A stretch of DNA of 64,000 bases from assembly GCA_965116495.1 (NCBI GenBank), contig OZ220696.1, forward strand, positions 1,376,001-1,440,000. Direction: 5' to 3'. A program made the translations under genes and the position numbers. Positions 27,394 to 37,923 of the stretch are shown here, piece by piece. Numbering within the stretch: the first letter of the stretch is position 1; each line of letters starts with the position of its first letter. Under the pieces are notes generated by a model. The model was given only the letters and a program-made list of their open reading frames with translations. It ran no database searches and was not told the DNA's origin. The stretch is from Gammaproteobacteria bacterium. GTDB taxonomy: Bacteria > Pseudomonadota > Gammaproteobacteria > Eutrophobiales > Eutrophobiaceae.

Positions 27394-28859
27394 TGTTTAT
27401 GAAAAGATTCCTTGCCGCGCTGACTGTCGTTACGTTAATACTTACCTGCACGGCTCAATCACAACAATACGGGTCTACGGATTTCCACGCCAGCGGTGAC
27501 CCGGAAGCCCATGCCCTGTTTATCCGCGGCCTGGTGATGCTGCATAATTTTGAATACGAAGACGCCCGGGAGATGTTCCGGCAGGCGCGCAACCTGGATC
27601 CGGACTTCGTCATGGCGTATTGGGGCGAGGCCCTGACTCACGAACATCCGTTATGGAACCAGCAGAACCTGGCGGCGGCCAGGGCTGTGTTAAACCAGTT
27701 GGCTCCCGCTGCCGAAGCCCGTGTCGAGAAAGCGCAAACGGAGCGGGAAAAGACATATATCCGCTCAGTCAACATCCTGTTCGGCGAAGGCGCTGCCAGA
27801 GAGCGGGATTATGCCTACGGCGCGGCCCTGAAAACAATCAGCGAAACCTGGCCGGAGGATATCGACGCCGGTGCGTTGTACGCCCTGTCGGTACTGACCG
27901 TCAGTCACGATGGGCGGGATTTTTACAAGTTCATGCGGGCCGGCGCCATCACGGAGGAACTCATGGACAAAGCGCCGGGACACCCCGGCGCCTTGCATTA
28001 CAACATCCACAGTTATGACGACCCCGTCCATGCCCCCCTGGGCCGGCGCGCTGCGGACCTCTATTCAGAGATAGCGCCCGCTGCGGTCCACGCCCTGCAC
28101 ATGCCATCACACATCTATTTCGCCCTGGGCGATTATGACCGTGCCGGAGACCTGAACGCCCGCTCATTCCAGGCCGCGCTGGAACGGATCAGGGAAAAAA
28201 ATATCCCTTACAACGGCCAGGCCTATCACTCCCTTTCATGGCTGATATATTCCCACCTGCAGGGAGGCAGATTCGACGAGGCCCGGCGCCTGGTGGGATT
28301 CGCCGAGCAAGAATGGAAGAATTCCGATACACCCGTCAATCGCATCGGCTTCATCACCTGCCGCAGCAACTATATCATCGATACCCAGGCCTGGGACGAC
28401 CCGCTGCTGGACCTGGAGGTCAGCCATGACAAGGTATGGCCGTCCATCATCGCCATGGATCAATACATCATTGGCATGCGGGCCCTGCACCAGGGCGACA
28501 CCCGCAAAGCCGGGGCAATCGTTGATTCCTTTGTGCGCTCACCCAATCCCGACAGCAAGGCAATCCGCGCCGCCGCGCCCACGGTGCTGAAACTGCTGCT
28601 GCAAGGCCGCTTACTCATCGCTGAAGGAGACAGTGAGAAGGGACTGGCATTAATGCAGGAGGCCGTTGACCTGGAACAGACCCTCGCACCCGCCATCGGG
28701 CCCGCCATGCCCCAGCCTGCAGCGGAAGCCCTGGCGGATGCATATTTACAAATCGGCAAACCGGACCAGGCCCGCGAAAACTATGAACTGTCCCTGACCC
28801 GCGCCGTCAACCGGCGGCGTTCTGTCGAAGGGTTAAAATCCGGCGATGACGTTTCGTAG
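27393..28859 (+). CDS. Secreted TPR-like protein of unknown function
   Basis: Signal peptide; FRQARNLDPDFVMAYWGEA; HPGALHYNIHSYD; HALHMPSHIY. Confidence 0.8.
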   Translation: MFMKRFLAALTVVTLILTCTAQSQQYGSTDFHASGDPEAHALFIRGLVMLHNFEYEDAREMFRQARNLDPDFVMAYWGEALTHEHPLWNQQNLAAARAVLNQLAPAAEARVEKAQTEREKTYIRSVNILFGEGAARERDYAYGAALKTISETWPEDIDAGALYALSVLTVSHDGRDFYKFMRAGAITEELMDKAPGHPGALHYNIHSYDDPVHAPLGRRAADLYSEIAPAAVHALHMPSHIYFALGDYDRAGDLNARSFQAALERIREKNIPYNGQAYHSLSWLIYSHLQGGRFDEARRLVGFAEQEWKNSDTPVNRIGFITCRSNYIIDTQAWDDPLLDLEVSHDKVWPSIIAMDQYIIGMRALHQGDTRKAGAIVDSFVRSPNPDSKAIRAAAPTVLKLLLQGRLLIAEGDSEKGLALMQEAVDLEQTLAPAIGPAMPQPAAEALADAYLQIGKPDQARENYELSLTRAVNRRRSVEGLKSGDDVS

Positions 28860-28924
28860 AACCCCCGGCGTGCTTTCCGTCGATCAGTTGGGTACCGATC
28901 TTCAGTTCCCGGCAAGCCCGGTGT

Positions 28925-29908
28925 TCAATCCATATCGAGTTTGAACAACTCGATTGCATTGGTCCGGCCGATTTGCATACGCTCCTCATCGGTGATGACA
29001 GTGGTGGCATCAAACCAGTCAGCCGCATCCTCCATCCTCTCAAACGGATAATCTGCAGAGAAGTAAACCCTGTCCGTGCCCATAACATCCAGGGTACACT
29101 TGAACGCGGGATCGTTGAAGTTACCGCTGGTTGTAATATGGAAATGGTCCCGGAAGTAATCGCCCAGTGGACGTTTGCCGCGGTAACCGCGCGGTGAAAA
29201 ACGCATGCGCGCATCGAGACGCCAGAGGGCAAAGGGAATATTTTCCCCCATGTGGCCCAGGATGATCTTCAGGTTGGGGAAATCGTCAAATATGCCAGAA
29301 CCGCACAGGCGCAAAGCGTGGATCGATGTTTCAACCGCGAAACCCCAGGGGGAGCTCATCAGCCAGGGATGCCCCTCATAATTCCTGGATTGTGACGGTA
29401 TCTGCATGCGCGGGTGAAGATAAAAGGGCACGTCGAGTTCGGAGACCGTAGCCCAGAATTCACGGTATTCGGGGATGTCATAATACAGCGCCGAGTCCGG
29501 TTCGTTCTTCTGGGTAAATCCATTCACCAGAGCCCCTTTGAAATCCAGTTCATTGATACAGCGCTCCAGTTCAGCCGATGCCGCGTCCGGATCCTGCATA
29601 GGCAGCGCGGCCAACCCTGCATAGCGGCCCGGGTACCGGATTACCGCTTGCGCTATCCGGTCATTCGCCTGTCCGGCAATCCCGATTGCCTCCTCCGTGT
29701 CCAGGACCGACTGTAAGCCCGGGGCATTGAGCGATAACAGCACCAGTTCAATACCGGAGTTATCCATTGCCGCAAGTCGTTTCTCATCGACGTCAAGAAG
29801 TTCCAGGGCAAGCTCGTCCCACCTCGCGGATTCCCCGGCAGCTGCCTTGGCATGGCCTACGGTTTCTTCTATTGCCATATGTTCTTCAAATACAATTTTT
29901 CCTTTCAT
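28925..29908 (-). CDS. Amidohydrolase-2 non-oxidative decarboxylase (gamma-resorcylate / 2,3-dihydroxybenzoate decarboxylase-like)
   Basis: KIVFEEH, LSLNAPG, FYLHPR, GHMGE, HITTSGNF, FSADYPFE. Confidence 0.88.
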   Translation of the reverse strand: MKGKIVFEEHMAIEETVGHAKAAAGESARWDELALELLDVDEKRLAAMDNSGIELVLLSLNAPGLQSVLDTEEAIGIAGQANDRIAQAVIRYPGRYAGLAALPMQDPDAASAELERCINELDFKGALVNGFTQKNEPDSALYYDIPEYREFWATVSELDVPFYLHPRMQIPSQSRNYEGHPWLMSSPWGFAVETSIHALRLCGSGIFDDFPNLKIILGHMGENIPFALWRLDARMRFSPRGYRGKRPLGDYFRDHFHITTSGNFNDPAFKCTLDVMGTDRVYFSADYPFERMEDAADWFDATTVITDEERMQIGRTNAIELFKLDMD

Positions 29909-30083
29909 ATCAGTTATATATTTTCTCACTACAGGTGAGGATACATGGTCTATATTAGCCTAAATTTATGCCCGCGGCAGTTCCAATTTTGCCATATCAG
30001 TTCTGTCCAGGATTTGGGACATTGAAAAATCACTGTGTTAGGATATGCTGTCAAGAACAAAGAAAAAACCAAGACGCTCCCAG

Positions 30084-31784
30084 ATGAAACCTGTTCTCCT
30101 TTCAACTGTTTCAATAATTCTCTTCTGTTGTCTTGCGGCCTGTTCCGGCCCTGGTCCCAGCAATTCCGGCAGTGCGGATAGCCGGCCGAATGTGCTGCTC
30201 ATCGTTGTGGATGATATGGCCTTTAATGACCTCAGCATGTTCGGAAGCGAGATCAGGACGCCCAACATCGATACCCTGGCGCGGGAAGGGGTTTTTCTGA
30301 CCAATTTTCACGTAGCGCCGAACTGTTCTCCCACCCGGGCCATGCTGTTTTCCGGCACTGACAGTCATAATGCCGGGCTCGGGAATATGGCGGAGGATTT
30401 GTCGGCGAACCAGAAAGGCAACCCGGGTTATGAGGGTTACCTGAACTTCCAGGTCGCGGCCCTTTCGGAACTGTTCCTTGAGGCCGGCTACAACACTTAC
30501 ATGACAGGCAAGTGGCACCTGGGGTTGACGCGGGAAACCAGTCCGGCGGCGCGGGGATTTGAAAAATCCTATGCCATACTACAGGGTGGCGGCGGTGCCT
30601 TTGCCAACATGCTGCCGATTGTCGGGCCGGGCAAAGCCCTCTACCAGGAAAACGATGCAAAACTGGAAAAGTTGCCCGAAGACTTTTATTCCACCCGGTT
30701 CTATACCGAACTCATGCAGGAATACATTGGCGCGGACCTGGATGACGGCAAACCGTTTTTTGCCTATCTCGCCTACACCTCACCCCATTGGCCGCTACAG
30801 GCGCCGCAGGAGTCGATAGCCCGGTACAAGGGCGTTTATGACGCCGGCTATGATGCATTGCTTGATAAGCGTCTGCAAAACCTGAAGGACCTGGGTCTGG
30901 TCGATGCTGATGTCGAACCTTTTCCCAGGTTGCTGGATGAGAGACCCTGGGATGAACTAAGTCCGGAAGAGCAGCGCTACCAGGCCAAAATCAAAGAGAT
31001 CTACGCCGCTATGGTGGACGACGTGGACGTGTATATCGGCAGGATGATCGATTATCTCAAGGAAATAGGCGCATATGAAAATACCATCATATTCTTCATG
31101 TCGGATAACGGCCCCGAAGGTCATGCCATGCAGCACTCTTTTCCTGAACTGGTGACGTGGGCGAACGAGTGCTGTGACAACAGCTATGAGAACATAGGCG
31201 ATGCCGATTCTTATGTCTGGCTGGGTCCGAACTGGGGGCAGGCAGGTAATACGCCGTTGCGTATGTTCAAAGGCTACCCCAGCCAGGGCGGCGTGCGGGC
31301 CCCTGCGTTTTTTCATTACCCGCGCGCCATGCAGGCAGCGGCGATGAACGATTCGGTAATAACCGTGAAGGATATCATGCCGACCTTGCTGGAACTTGCC
31401 GGGATCGAGCATCCCGGCGCCGGGTTGTTCCAGGGCCGGGAAGTACTGGCCATGCAGGGTCGTTCCGTCGCGCCTGTCCTGACCGGAGAGCGTGCTTCCG
31501 TGCGGGAGCCGGATGACTACATGGGCTGGGAGTTGTTCGGGAAACAGGCAATCCGCCAGGGTGACTGGAAAATCATCAATGTCCCCAGTATCCCGTCCCG
31601 GGACGCGCGCCTGCCAATACTGAAACCGGGGCAGTGGCAATTGTATAACCTGGCGGAGGATCCGGCGGAAATGAACGACCTGGCGGATTCCAATCCAGAG
31701 AAACTCCGGGAACTGCTGGCGCTGTGGGAGCGGTATACGACGGAGAATAATTTTATCTATCCAGATACACTTACCGGTTATTAA
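30084..31784 (+). CDS. Cys-type arylsulfatase, probable lipoprotein
   Basis: RPNVLLIVVDD, CSPTR formylglycine motif, GKWHLG, SDNG; lipobox LAAC. Confidence 0.94.
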   Translation: MKPVLLSTVSIILFCCLAACSGPGPSNSGSADSRPNVLLIVVDDMAFNDLSMFGSEIRTPNIDTLAREGVFLTNFHVAPNCSPTRAMLFSGTDSHNAGLGNMAEDLSANQKGNPGYEGYLNFQVAALSELFLEAGYNTYMTGKWHLGLTRETSPAARGFEKSYAILQGGGGAFANMLPIVGPGKALYQENDAKLEKLPEDFYSTRFYTELMQEYIGADLDDGKPFFAYLAYTSPHWPLQAPQESIARYKGVYDAGYDALLDKRLQNLKDLGLVDADVEPFPRLLDERPWDELSPEEQRYQAKIKEIYAAMVDDVDVYIGRMIDYLKEIGAYENTIIFFMSDNGPEGHAMQHSFPELVTWANECCDNSYENIGDADSYVWLGPNWGQAGNTPLRMFKGYPSQGGVRAPAFFHYPRAMQAAAMNDSVITVKDIMPTLLELAGIEHPGAGLFQGREVLAMQGRSVAPVLTGERASVREPDDYMGWELFGKQAIRQGDWKIINVPSIPSRDARLPILKPGQWQLYNLAEDPAEMNDLADSNPEKLRELLALWERYTTENNFIYPDTLTGY

Positions 31785-32461
31785 GCGTGACCCAAGCCTA
31801 ACACGCTGTAGTCGCCATCGATAATCAGTCGAATGGATACATATAAGCCCAGTAGTGAGAATAATATCCAGATAGAATTTATTGCCCAGATATAGATGTA
31901 TACGTCAGCCTTACGGATCAACCTGTGCCTTTGGGCGACAAAAAAGCTCACGATGTAAACCGAGGTCATGTACGTCCATTGCCAGAACAGGATGATACCC
32001 AGAATGCCCGAGACCATGGCCGGCAGGAAAACGGCCGTATACGCCGCATACAGGACCAGTGATGGGACCAGCGTGAAAAAGCCGTTGGCAATGTCGACAT
32101 TGAAGCCGTATGTCCTGCGGTCCGCATAAGAACTGTCGTATAAGCAATACGACGCCCATGCGTCCGCCCAAATCGTCGGGGACAATAATTTTCCAACCGG
32201 AACTTCTGTAGTCATAAATGCAGCGGCCGGCGTTTGGCCGGTTTTCGCGCACTGATCACGCCAATAACCGGCACGTTCTTCAATATAATCCCGCCGCCAG
32301 AAAAGACACATCTCCCAGTAGCACACCAGCAGATTGATCGAAAAAAACAGGCTTAACAGGCAATAGTATGTATTTAGGATACCATTCACCCGGTAATTCA
32401 CGCCAATGCCGGCAACGGCAAACCCCACAATAAAAACCGCAATAAACGAACCAACATGCAT
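31781..32461 (-). CDS. Multi-pass membrane protein, EXPERA/emopamil-binding-protein-like
   Basis: About 5 TM helices; WASYCLYDSSYAD...VDIANG, WQWTYMTSVY and WAINSIWI recall EBP motifs (by eye). Confidence 0.6.
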   Translation of the reverse strand: MHVGSFIAVFIVGFAVAGIGVNYRVNGILNTYYCLLSLFFSINLLVCYWEMCLFWRRDYIEERAGYWRDQCAKTGQTPAAAFMTTEVPVGKLLSPTIWADAWASYCLYDSSYADRRTYGFNVDIANGFFTLVPSLVLYAAYTAVFLPAMVSGILGIILFWQWTYMTSVYIVSFFVAQRHRLIRKADVYIYIWAINSIWILFSLLGLYVSIRLIIDGDYSVLGLGHA

Positions 32462-32580
32462 TTTAATTCCAACCTTCCGTCTCAGTAAATTACAATATTA
32501 ATCGAGACTGCATTGTATGCTATAAAACGGTAATTCGCTGTACCGGGAATACCGGATTAAGAAATAGAGAGAAAATTCTT

Positions 32581-33834
32581 ATGCATGTAATCATTGTCGG
32601 CGCAGGCATTGGCGGTCTGACTGCTGCATTGAGTCTGGAAAAAGCCGGTATTGAAGCAACCGTCTTTGAAAGTACGGAAAGCATCGAACCATTGGGTGTG
32701 GGTATCAATGTCCTGCCCCATGCTGCGAGGGAGTTGATCGCGCTCGGACTTAGGGATGATTTGGACAGGCTTGCCATTCGCACACGCTCCATGAAGTATT
32801 TTTCCCGGCGCGGCAAGCTGGTAATCAGTGTCCCATGCGGTGAATATGCCGGTTACAACTGGCCGCAGTACTCGCTGCACCGCGGGGAATTGCAGATGCT
32901 GCTGCTTGAAACGTTTAAACGGCGTGCAGGCAGGGACAGGGTTGTCACCGGTCATCAGCTTGGGGGTTTTTCACAAAACGAAGACTCGGTTACGGCGAAT
33001 TTTATCGATCCCTCATCGAATAAACCACGGGCCGATGCCACCGGCGACCTGCTCGCAGGCGCTGACGGACTCCATTCGGCAACGAGAAAAACGTTATACC
33101 CGGATGAAGGCGCAGCAGTCTATGCCGGCATGGTATGTTTCCGCGGCGCAGCTAAGGCATCCCCCTATCTCGATGGCGAATCCATGATTATCTGCGGCGA
33201 CAATCGCCTGCGCCTGGTGTCGTATCCCATCTCCGGGTCGTTACAGAGGAAAGGACACAGCCATATCAACTGGATTGCCGCCGTCCCTTTTGTCACGGAC
33301 AAACGCCAGGAGGAAGATTGGGGCAAGCTGACCAGACCGGATAACCTGATCGAACTCTATAGCGACTGGCAATTCGACTGGCTGGACGTGCCCGGCATCA
33401 TCTCTGACACGGAACAGATATTTGAATTCCCGATCTATGACAGGGACCCGTTGGAGCAGTGGACATTTGACAGGGTAACCCTGCTGGGCGATGCAGCTCA
33501 TCCCCTGATCCCGGTCAGTTCCAGCGGCGCGGTTCATGCCATTATCGATGGCCGGGCGCTGGCTTATGCATTGGCCACACATCGTGATCCGGTAGCAGGT
33601 CTGCAGGCCTATGAAGCCGACAGGCTGCCGAAAGCAAACCAGGTGGTGCTGGCCAGCCGCAGGAACGGTCCCGATGAAGTACTGGAGATAGTCAGAAATG
33701 AATGCCCCGAAGATGCGGTTGACATTCACGACCATGTCAGCAAAACCAGGTTGCAATCCGTTATTGATGACTTCAGGGAGCGCTCGGGTTTTGCCATAGA
33801 AACACTCAACAACGGTCCTTCCTACACAGTCTGA
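32581..33834 (+). CDS. Class A FAD-dependent aromatic monooxygenase (PhzS/NicC/salicylate hydroxylase superfamily)
   Basis: GAGIGGL, LGVGINVLPHA, GADGLHS, LLGDAAHP. Confidence 0.9.
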   Translation: MHVIIVGAGIGGLTAALSLEKAGIEATVFESTESIEPLGVGINVLPHAARELIALGLRDDLDRLAIRTRSMKYFSRRGKLVISVPCGEYAGYNWPQYSLHRGELQMLLLETFKRRAGRDRVVTGHQLGGFSQNEDSVTANFIDPSSNKPRADATGDLLAGADGLHSATRKTLYPDEGAAVYAGMVCFRGAAKASPYLDGESMIICGDNRLRLVSYPISGSLQRKGHSHINWIAAVPFVTDKRQEEDWGKLTRPDNLIELYSDWQFDWLDVPGIISDTEQIFEFPIYDRDPLEQWTFDRVTLLGDAAHPLIPVSSSGAVHAIIDGRALAYALATHRDPVAGLQAYEADRLPKANQVVLASRRNGPDEVLEIVRNECPEDAVDIHDHVSKTRLQSVIDDFRERSGFAIETLNNGPSYTV

Positions 33835-33881
33835 CGCAACACCGGCCAGGAATTGACACCGGGTGAAGAAGTAATTCCTGC

Positions 33882-36212
33882 CTACAATTTTCCCAGCGCC
33901 TGCAGCACCTTCTCCGGCGTAATCGGCAATTCCGTAATCCTGACGCCTATGGCGTTGTATACCGCATTGGCGATGGCCGCGGCGGGGACGATCAGGCACA
34001 TCTCGGACATGCTCTTGGCGCCAAACGGTCCGGTCGGCTCTTCTGAATCGACGAAGATACTCTCTATCTCAGGCGGCATCTCCATGGATGTGGGAATTTT
34101 GTAATCCAGGAAATCTCCGGACAGGCAGGCCCCCGTATCAGGGTCAAACTGCAGGTGTTCCATCAAGGCGTAGCCCATGCCCTGCTGAAAACCTCCCTCA
34201 ACCTGACCCTCGGCTGACTTGGGATGGAATACCCGGCCTGCATCCCCGGCGTACACCGCACGCAGGACCTTGACCTCGCCGGTATCCGTATCGACCTCCA
34301 CTTCGACGAACTGCGCCGCGGCAGGCGACGGGTTTGACGGCGGCGCCTGGCTGGCGGAACCGATGATGGTGCCCTTCTCCGCGACGCTGGTGGGTTGCGG
34401 GCCGGTATCGGTCATCTGTATGAACGGAGATTCGGCCCGGGCGATGATATCCGTCATGGCGACACCGGAGTCCGGTGCGCCTTTGACCAGGATTTGGCCG
34501 TCCTCAAGGTGAAGGTCCTCGGGGTTCGCCTCCATGATCGCGGCAGCAGCCTGAAACAGACGCTGCTTGGCAGCCACTGCGGCTGCCTTTGTACCCAGGC
34601 CCGCCGAGTAAGTCGCACGGCTGGCGTGGGTAGGCGCGTCAAACGGCGCCGTATCGGTATCGGCATAGACGATTTTCACGGCTTCGGGCGCCAGGCCAAG
34701 CTCCTCGGCCACAACCTGGGTCAGCATGGTGATCTGGCCGGAGCCCAGGTCGACACAGGACGACACCACGTCGGCAGTACCGTCCCGATTCAGTTTTACC
34801 GTGGCCCCGGAGTGTTCATAGATGTCCGGGAACCCGAGGCAGCCACTCACCCAGAGCGGATGGCAGGCAAACCCGATACCGCGTTTTATCCTGCCTTCCG
34901 TCGCGCCGGCAGGACCGCGCCGGTCGAAACCGATGCGCTCGGCGCCCTGTTTCAGGCAGTCATCCAGGCGATAACTGTTCAATTTATGACCTTGCAATAC
35001 GGGGTGGGGGTCGCCTTCCTTCCAGGTGTTGCGGGAACGGAATTCAAACGGGTCGAGGCCCAGCTTTTCACAGATCTCGTCATTCTGGGATTCAACCGCA
35101 ACACAGCCCTGGGGGGCGCCGTAGCCGCGATAGCCGCCGCCGATGATGTTGTTGGTATAGACGGTGAAACCTTCCCAGACCTGATTCGGGCATTTCCATG
35201 GGAAAAACGTCCCGTACAGGCCGTGCACCATGATGACCTCAGCCCCGTGGGTGGCATGGGCGCCTGCATCCAGGATGCTCTTGATGTAACGAGCGGTATA
35301 GCTACCATCGTTCTTTACGCCGGTCTTGAGATACACCTTAATGGGGTTGCGGGTAGTCGAGATAAAGTCCTCCCCGCGGGTATGTTCTATTCGTACGGGC
35401 CGTCTCGACTTGCGACTCAACAATGCCGCGACGGGTTCAAGGTGCCCTATATCCAGCTTGCCGCCGAATCCACCGCCGATATAGGCCGGTTTGACTACGT
35501 TTACACTGCTCTCGGGGACACCCAGGGCAACCGCCATTTTCTCTCTCAGGCCAAAACCGTGCTGCATGGAGGAACGAACGGTAATCCTGCCGTCCGTTTC
35601 ACAATCCACCACACAGACGCGGGGCTCCATATAGCAGGTATGCACCCTCTGGGTCTGGTATACGCCCTCAAAAATATGGTCGGCCTCGGCAAACCCGGCT
35701 TCCAGGTCGCCAAAATTAAATGACGGCGTCTTGGCAATATTATTCGGCGCATGGTCGTGGATCTGCGGCGCGCCGTCCTGCATGGCCTGTTCCGGGTCAA
35801 ACACGACCGGCAGTTCCTCGTATTCGACATCGATGAGTTGTAGCGCGGCCTCTGCAATCTCCGGGGTTGACGCAGCGACGGCCGCCACCGGCTGACCGGC
35901 CCAGCGCACCCGCTCGCTCATCACGACAAAATCCTGAACCATGCTCTTGGCATGGGCCGGCACGAAATACACGGGAGTAAAATAATTCTGCGGCACGTCC
36001 GCAGGCGTAATCACCGCCTTCACCCCCGGCAGCCTTTCGGCTTCACTGGTGTCGATGCGGACTATTCGGGCATGGGGATAGGGACTGCGCAGCATCTTCC
36101 CGTGCAACATGCCCGGCAGGCTGTAATTCACAATATAGTGTTTTCCACCCGTGACCTTGTCATACGCATCCGGCCGGACAACGCTGTTACCGATAACATT
36201 CAATTGTGTCAT
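33882..36212 (-). CDS. Xanthine-oxidase-family Mo-hydroxylase, molybdopterin subunit (enzyme 1)
   Basis: LRSPYPHARI, GGGFGGK, GYRGYGAPQ, EGQVEGGFQQG, GPFGAKSMSE. Confidence 0.93.
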   Translation of the reverse strand: MTQLNVIGNSVVRPDAYDKVTGGKHYIVNYSLPGMLHGKMLRSPYPHARIVRIDTSEAERLPGVKAVITPADVPQNYFTPVYFVPAHAKSMVQDFVVMSERVRWAGQPVAAVAASTPEIAEAALQLIDVEYEELPVVFDPEQAMQDGAPQIHDHAPNNIAKTPSFNFGDLEAGFAEADHIFEGVYQTQRVHTCYMEPRVCVVDCETDGRITVRSSMQHGFGLREKMAVALGVPESSVNVVKPAYIGGGFGGKLDIGHLEPVAALLSRKSRRPVRIEHTRGEDFISTTRNPIKVYLKTGVKNDGSYTARYIKSILDAGAHATHGAEVIMVHGLYGTFFPWKCPNQVWEGFTVYTNNIIGGGYRGYGAPQGCVAVESQNDEICEKLGLDPFEFRSRNTWKEGDPHPVLQGHKLNSYRLDDCLKQGAERIGFDRRGPAGATEGRIKRGIGFACHPLWVSGCLGFPDIYEHSGATVKLNRDGTADVVSSCVDLGSGQITMLTQVVAEELGLAPEAVKIVYADTDTAPFDAPTHASRATYSAGLGTKAAAVAAKQRLFQAAAAIMEANPEDLHLEDGQILVKGAPDSGVAMTDIIARAESPFIQMTDTGPQPTSVAEKGTIIGSASQAPPSNPSPAAAQFVEVEVDTDTGEVKVLRAVYAGDAGRVFHPKSAEGQVEGGFQQGMGYALMEHLQFDPDTGACLSGDFLDYKIPTSMEMPPEIESIFVDSEEPTGPFGAKSMSEMCLIVPAAAIANAVYNAIGVRITELPITPEKVLQALGKL

Positions 36213-36288
36213 AGTCGTATTTTCCCCAATCATGCAGTTCAACGATTCTACAATTATGGACAGTAATCATAATGACGACTGCCCCCGC

Positions 36289-36317
36289 CGTCATACCGGC
36301 GAATGCCGGTATCCAGT
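36289..36317. repeat. Family A half element
   Basis: CGTCATACCGGCGAATGCCGGTATCCAGT, inside the operon spacer. Confidence 0.8.
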
Positions 36318-36337
36318 TAACCAACTTTCATTATTTG

Positions 36338-36799
36338 TCAACTTGCCGCCGCTATCTGCACGGCTTCAACAATTTTCTGGTAACCGGTACAGCGGCACAG
36401 GTTCCCGGAGATGCCTTTACGTATGGCCTCCTCATCGGGATTCGGATTCTCCGCAAGTAACTGTTTGGCCGCCATCATGATTCCGCAGGTACAATAACCA
36501 CATTGCACCGCATCGGCATCGATAAATGCCTGTTGTACGGGGTCCAGGCCGTCACCGTCACCCAGTCCCTCCACGGTCTTCACTTTCCTGTCTCCGACCT
36601 GCATGGCTATGGTCATGCAGGAATAGACGGCTTTACCGTCAAGCAGGACGGTACAACAGCCGCAACCGCCGGAATCACACCCGCGTTTAGCTCCGTTCAA
36701 TCCCAGGGTTTCCCGCAATGTCTGCAACAGGCTGTCATAGGGTTGGACTGCGATCTCATGTACTTCATTATTCACATCAAGCTGAATTACCTGCTTCAT
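36338..36799 (-). CDS. [2Fe-2S] small subunit (enzyme 1)
   Basis: GCDSGGCGCCTV, QCGYCT, GNLCRCTGY. Confidence 0.94.
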   Translation of the reverse strand: MKQVIQLDVNNEVHEIAVQPYDSLLQTLRETLGLNGAKRGCDSGGCGCCTVLLDGKAVYSCMTIAMQVGDRKVKTVEGLGDGDGLDPVQQAFIDADAVQCGYCTCGIMMAAKQLLAENPNPDEEAIRKGISGNLCRCTGYQKIVEAVQIAAAS

Positions 36800-36812
36800 C
36801 AAGTCTCTCCTT

Positions 36813-37697
36813 TCAACCCACGCCTGCAAGCCTGGCCATTGCCTTGTGCAGGGCTTTCTCTGTCAACACATTGACCATGGCCGAGCGATACGCCTTCGAT
36901 GCCCGGTGGTCGGAGATGGGATCCACGTCGGTTTGCGCCGCGGCAGCCGCTGCGCCGATCACGTCTTCATCCACGCGGGCGCCGGCCAGCCGCTGTTCCG
37001 CCGACCCGGCCCTTACCGGGGTTTCACCGGTACCGCCACCCACAAACACCCTGGCCTGGCTGCATGAGCCGGAGCCCTCCAGCGTCAACGCCACCGCGAC
37101 ATTCACGATAGCCAGGTCATTGGCATTGGTTTCCAGCTTGATGAACGCACTGGCGCTGTTCGGTGGAGGTTGAGGCAGGCTGATTGCGGTAACGAATTCA
37201 TCCGGGGCGAGGCTGTTTTCAAACAGCCCGGGGGAAAATGCTTCGATGGGGATGTCACGGCTGCCATCCGGGCCATAAGCCTGAACCATGCCGTCTAATG
37301 CCAGGAAACCGGTCGGCAGATCGAACAGGGGGCAGGCTGAGGCGATGGAGCCACCCACCGTCGCGGAATTCATGATCTGTACCGGTGGATAGGCAATCGC
37401 ATCTTTAACCGCACCCAGCCAGGGTTCCCGTTGAATTTGTTCACTTGCCTCCAGTTGGGCCAACCGGGTTGTCGCGCCGATAACCACGTTGTCAGAGTCA
37501 ACGGCGATATGATCCAGACCCAGGCCCTGTATATCTATCAACGCCTCGATCCCCGTGAGCAGCCCCCTGGAAGCCAACCCATGCAGAAAAGTGCCCCCGG
37601 CAACGATTAGCGCACTATCCTCGTGCTGCTGCAGTAGCTGCACCACTGCAGGGATATCCGTTGGGCTGTGAAATGATTCAACACTTGTTAATGCCAC
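36813..37697 (-). CDS. FAD-binding medium subunit (enzyme 1)
   Basis: AGGT, QIMNSATVGGS, DPISDHRASKAYR. Confidence 0.92.
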   Translation of the reverse strand: MALTSVESFHSPTDIPAVVQLLQQHEDSALIVAGGTFLHGLASRGLLTGIEALIDIQGLGLDHIAVDSDNVVIGATTRLAQLEASEQIQREPWLGAVKDAIAYPPVQIMNSATVGGSIASACPLFDLPTGFLALDGMVQAYGPDGSRDIPIEAFSPGLFENSLAPDEFVTAISLPQPPPNSASAFIKLETNANDLAIVNVAVALTLEGSGSCSQARVFVGGGTGETPVRAGSAEQRLAGARVDEDVIGAAAAAAQTDVDPISDHRASKAYRSAMVNVLTEKALHKAMARLAGVG

Positions 37698-37867
37698 TGC
37701 GTCTCCCCCTTATCCCGCTGGTTATTTATTCTGATGGTTATTGGGGTCAACAGGATATGTTCTGCCATGTAGAATGGCAAGTGAAAAAGTAATTCAGGAC
37801 ACCCACAAATTTGAGCTGGAGTAATCGGAGCTCGGACAGGAGATGTCCCGTTTCGTTATTCTTCCTG

Positions 37868-37888
37868 TTGACAAACGGGGACAGTCAA
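37868..37888. promoter_or_regulatory. TTGAC-N11-GTCAA inverted repeat overlapping a TTGACA hexamer in the divergent spacer
   Basis: TTGACAAACGGGGACAGTCAA upstream of the NicX-like gene; role inferred. Confidence 0.35.
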
Positions 37889-37923
37889 TCAATCATGGTA
37901 AAAAATTATGAGGGGTATTTTAC

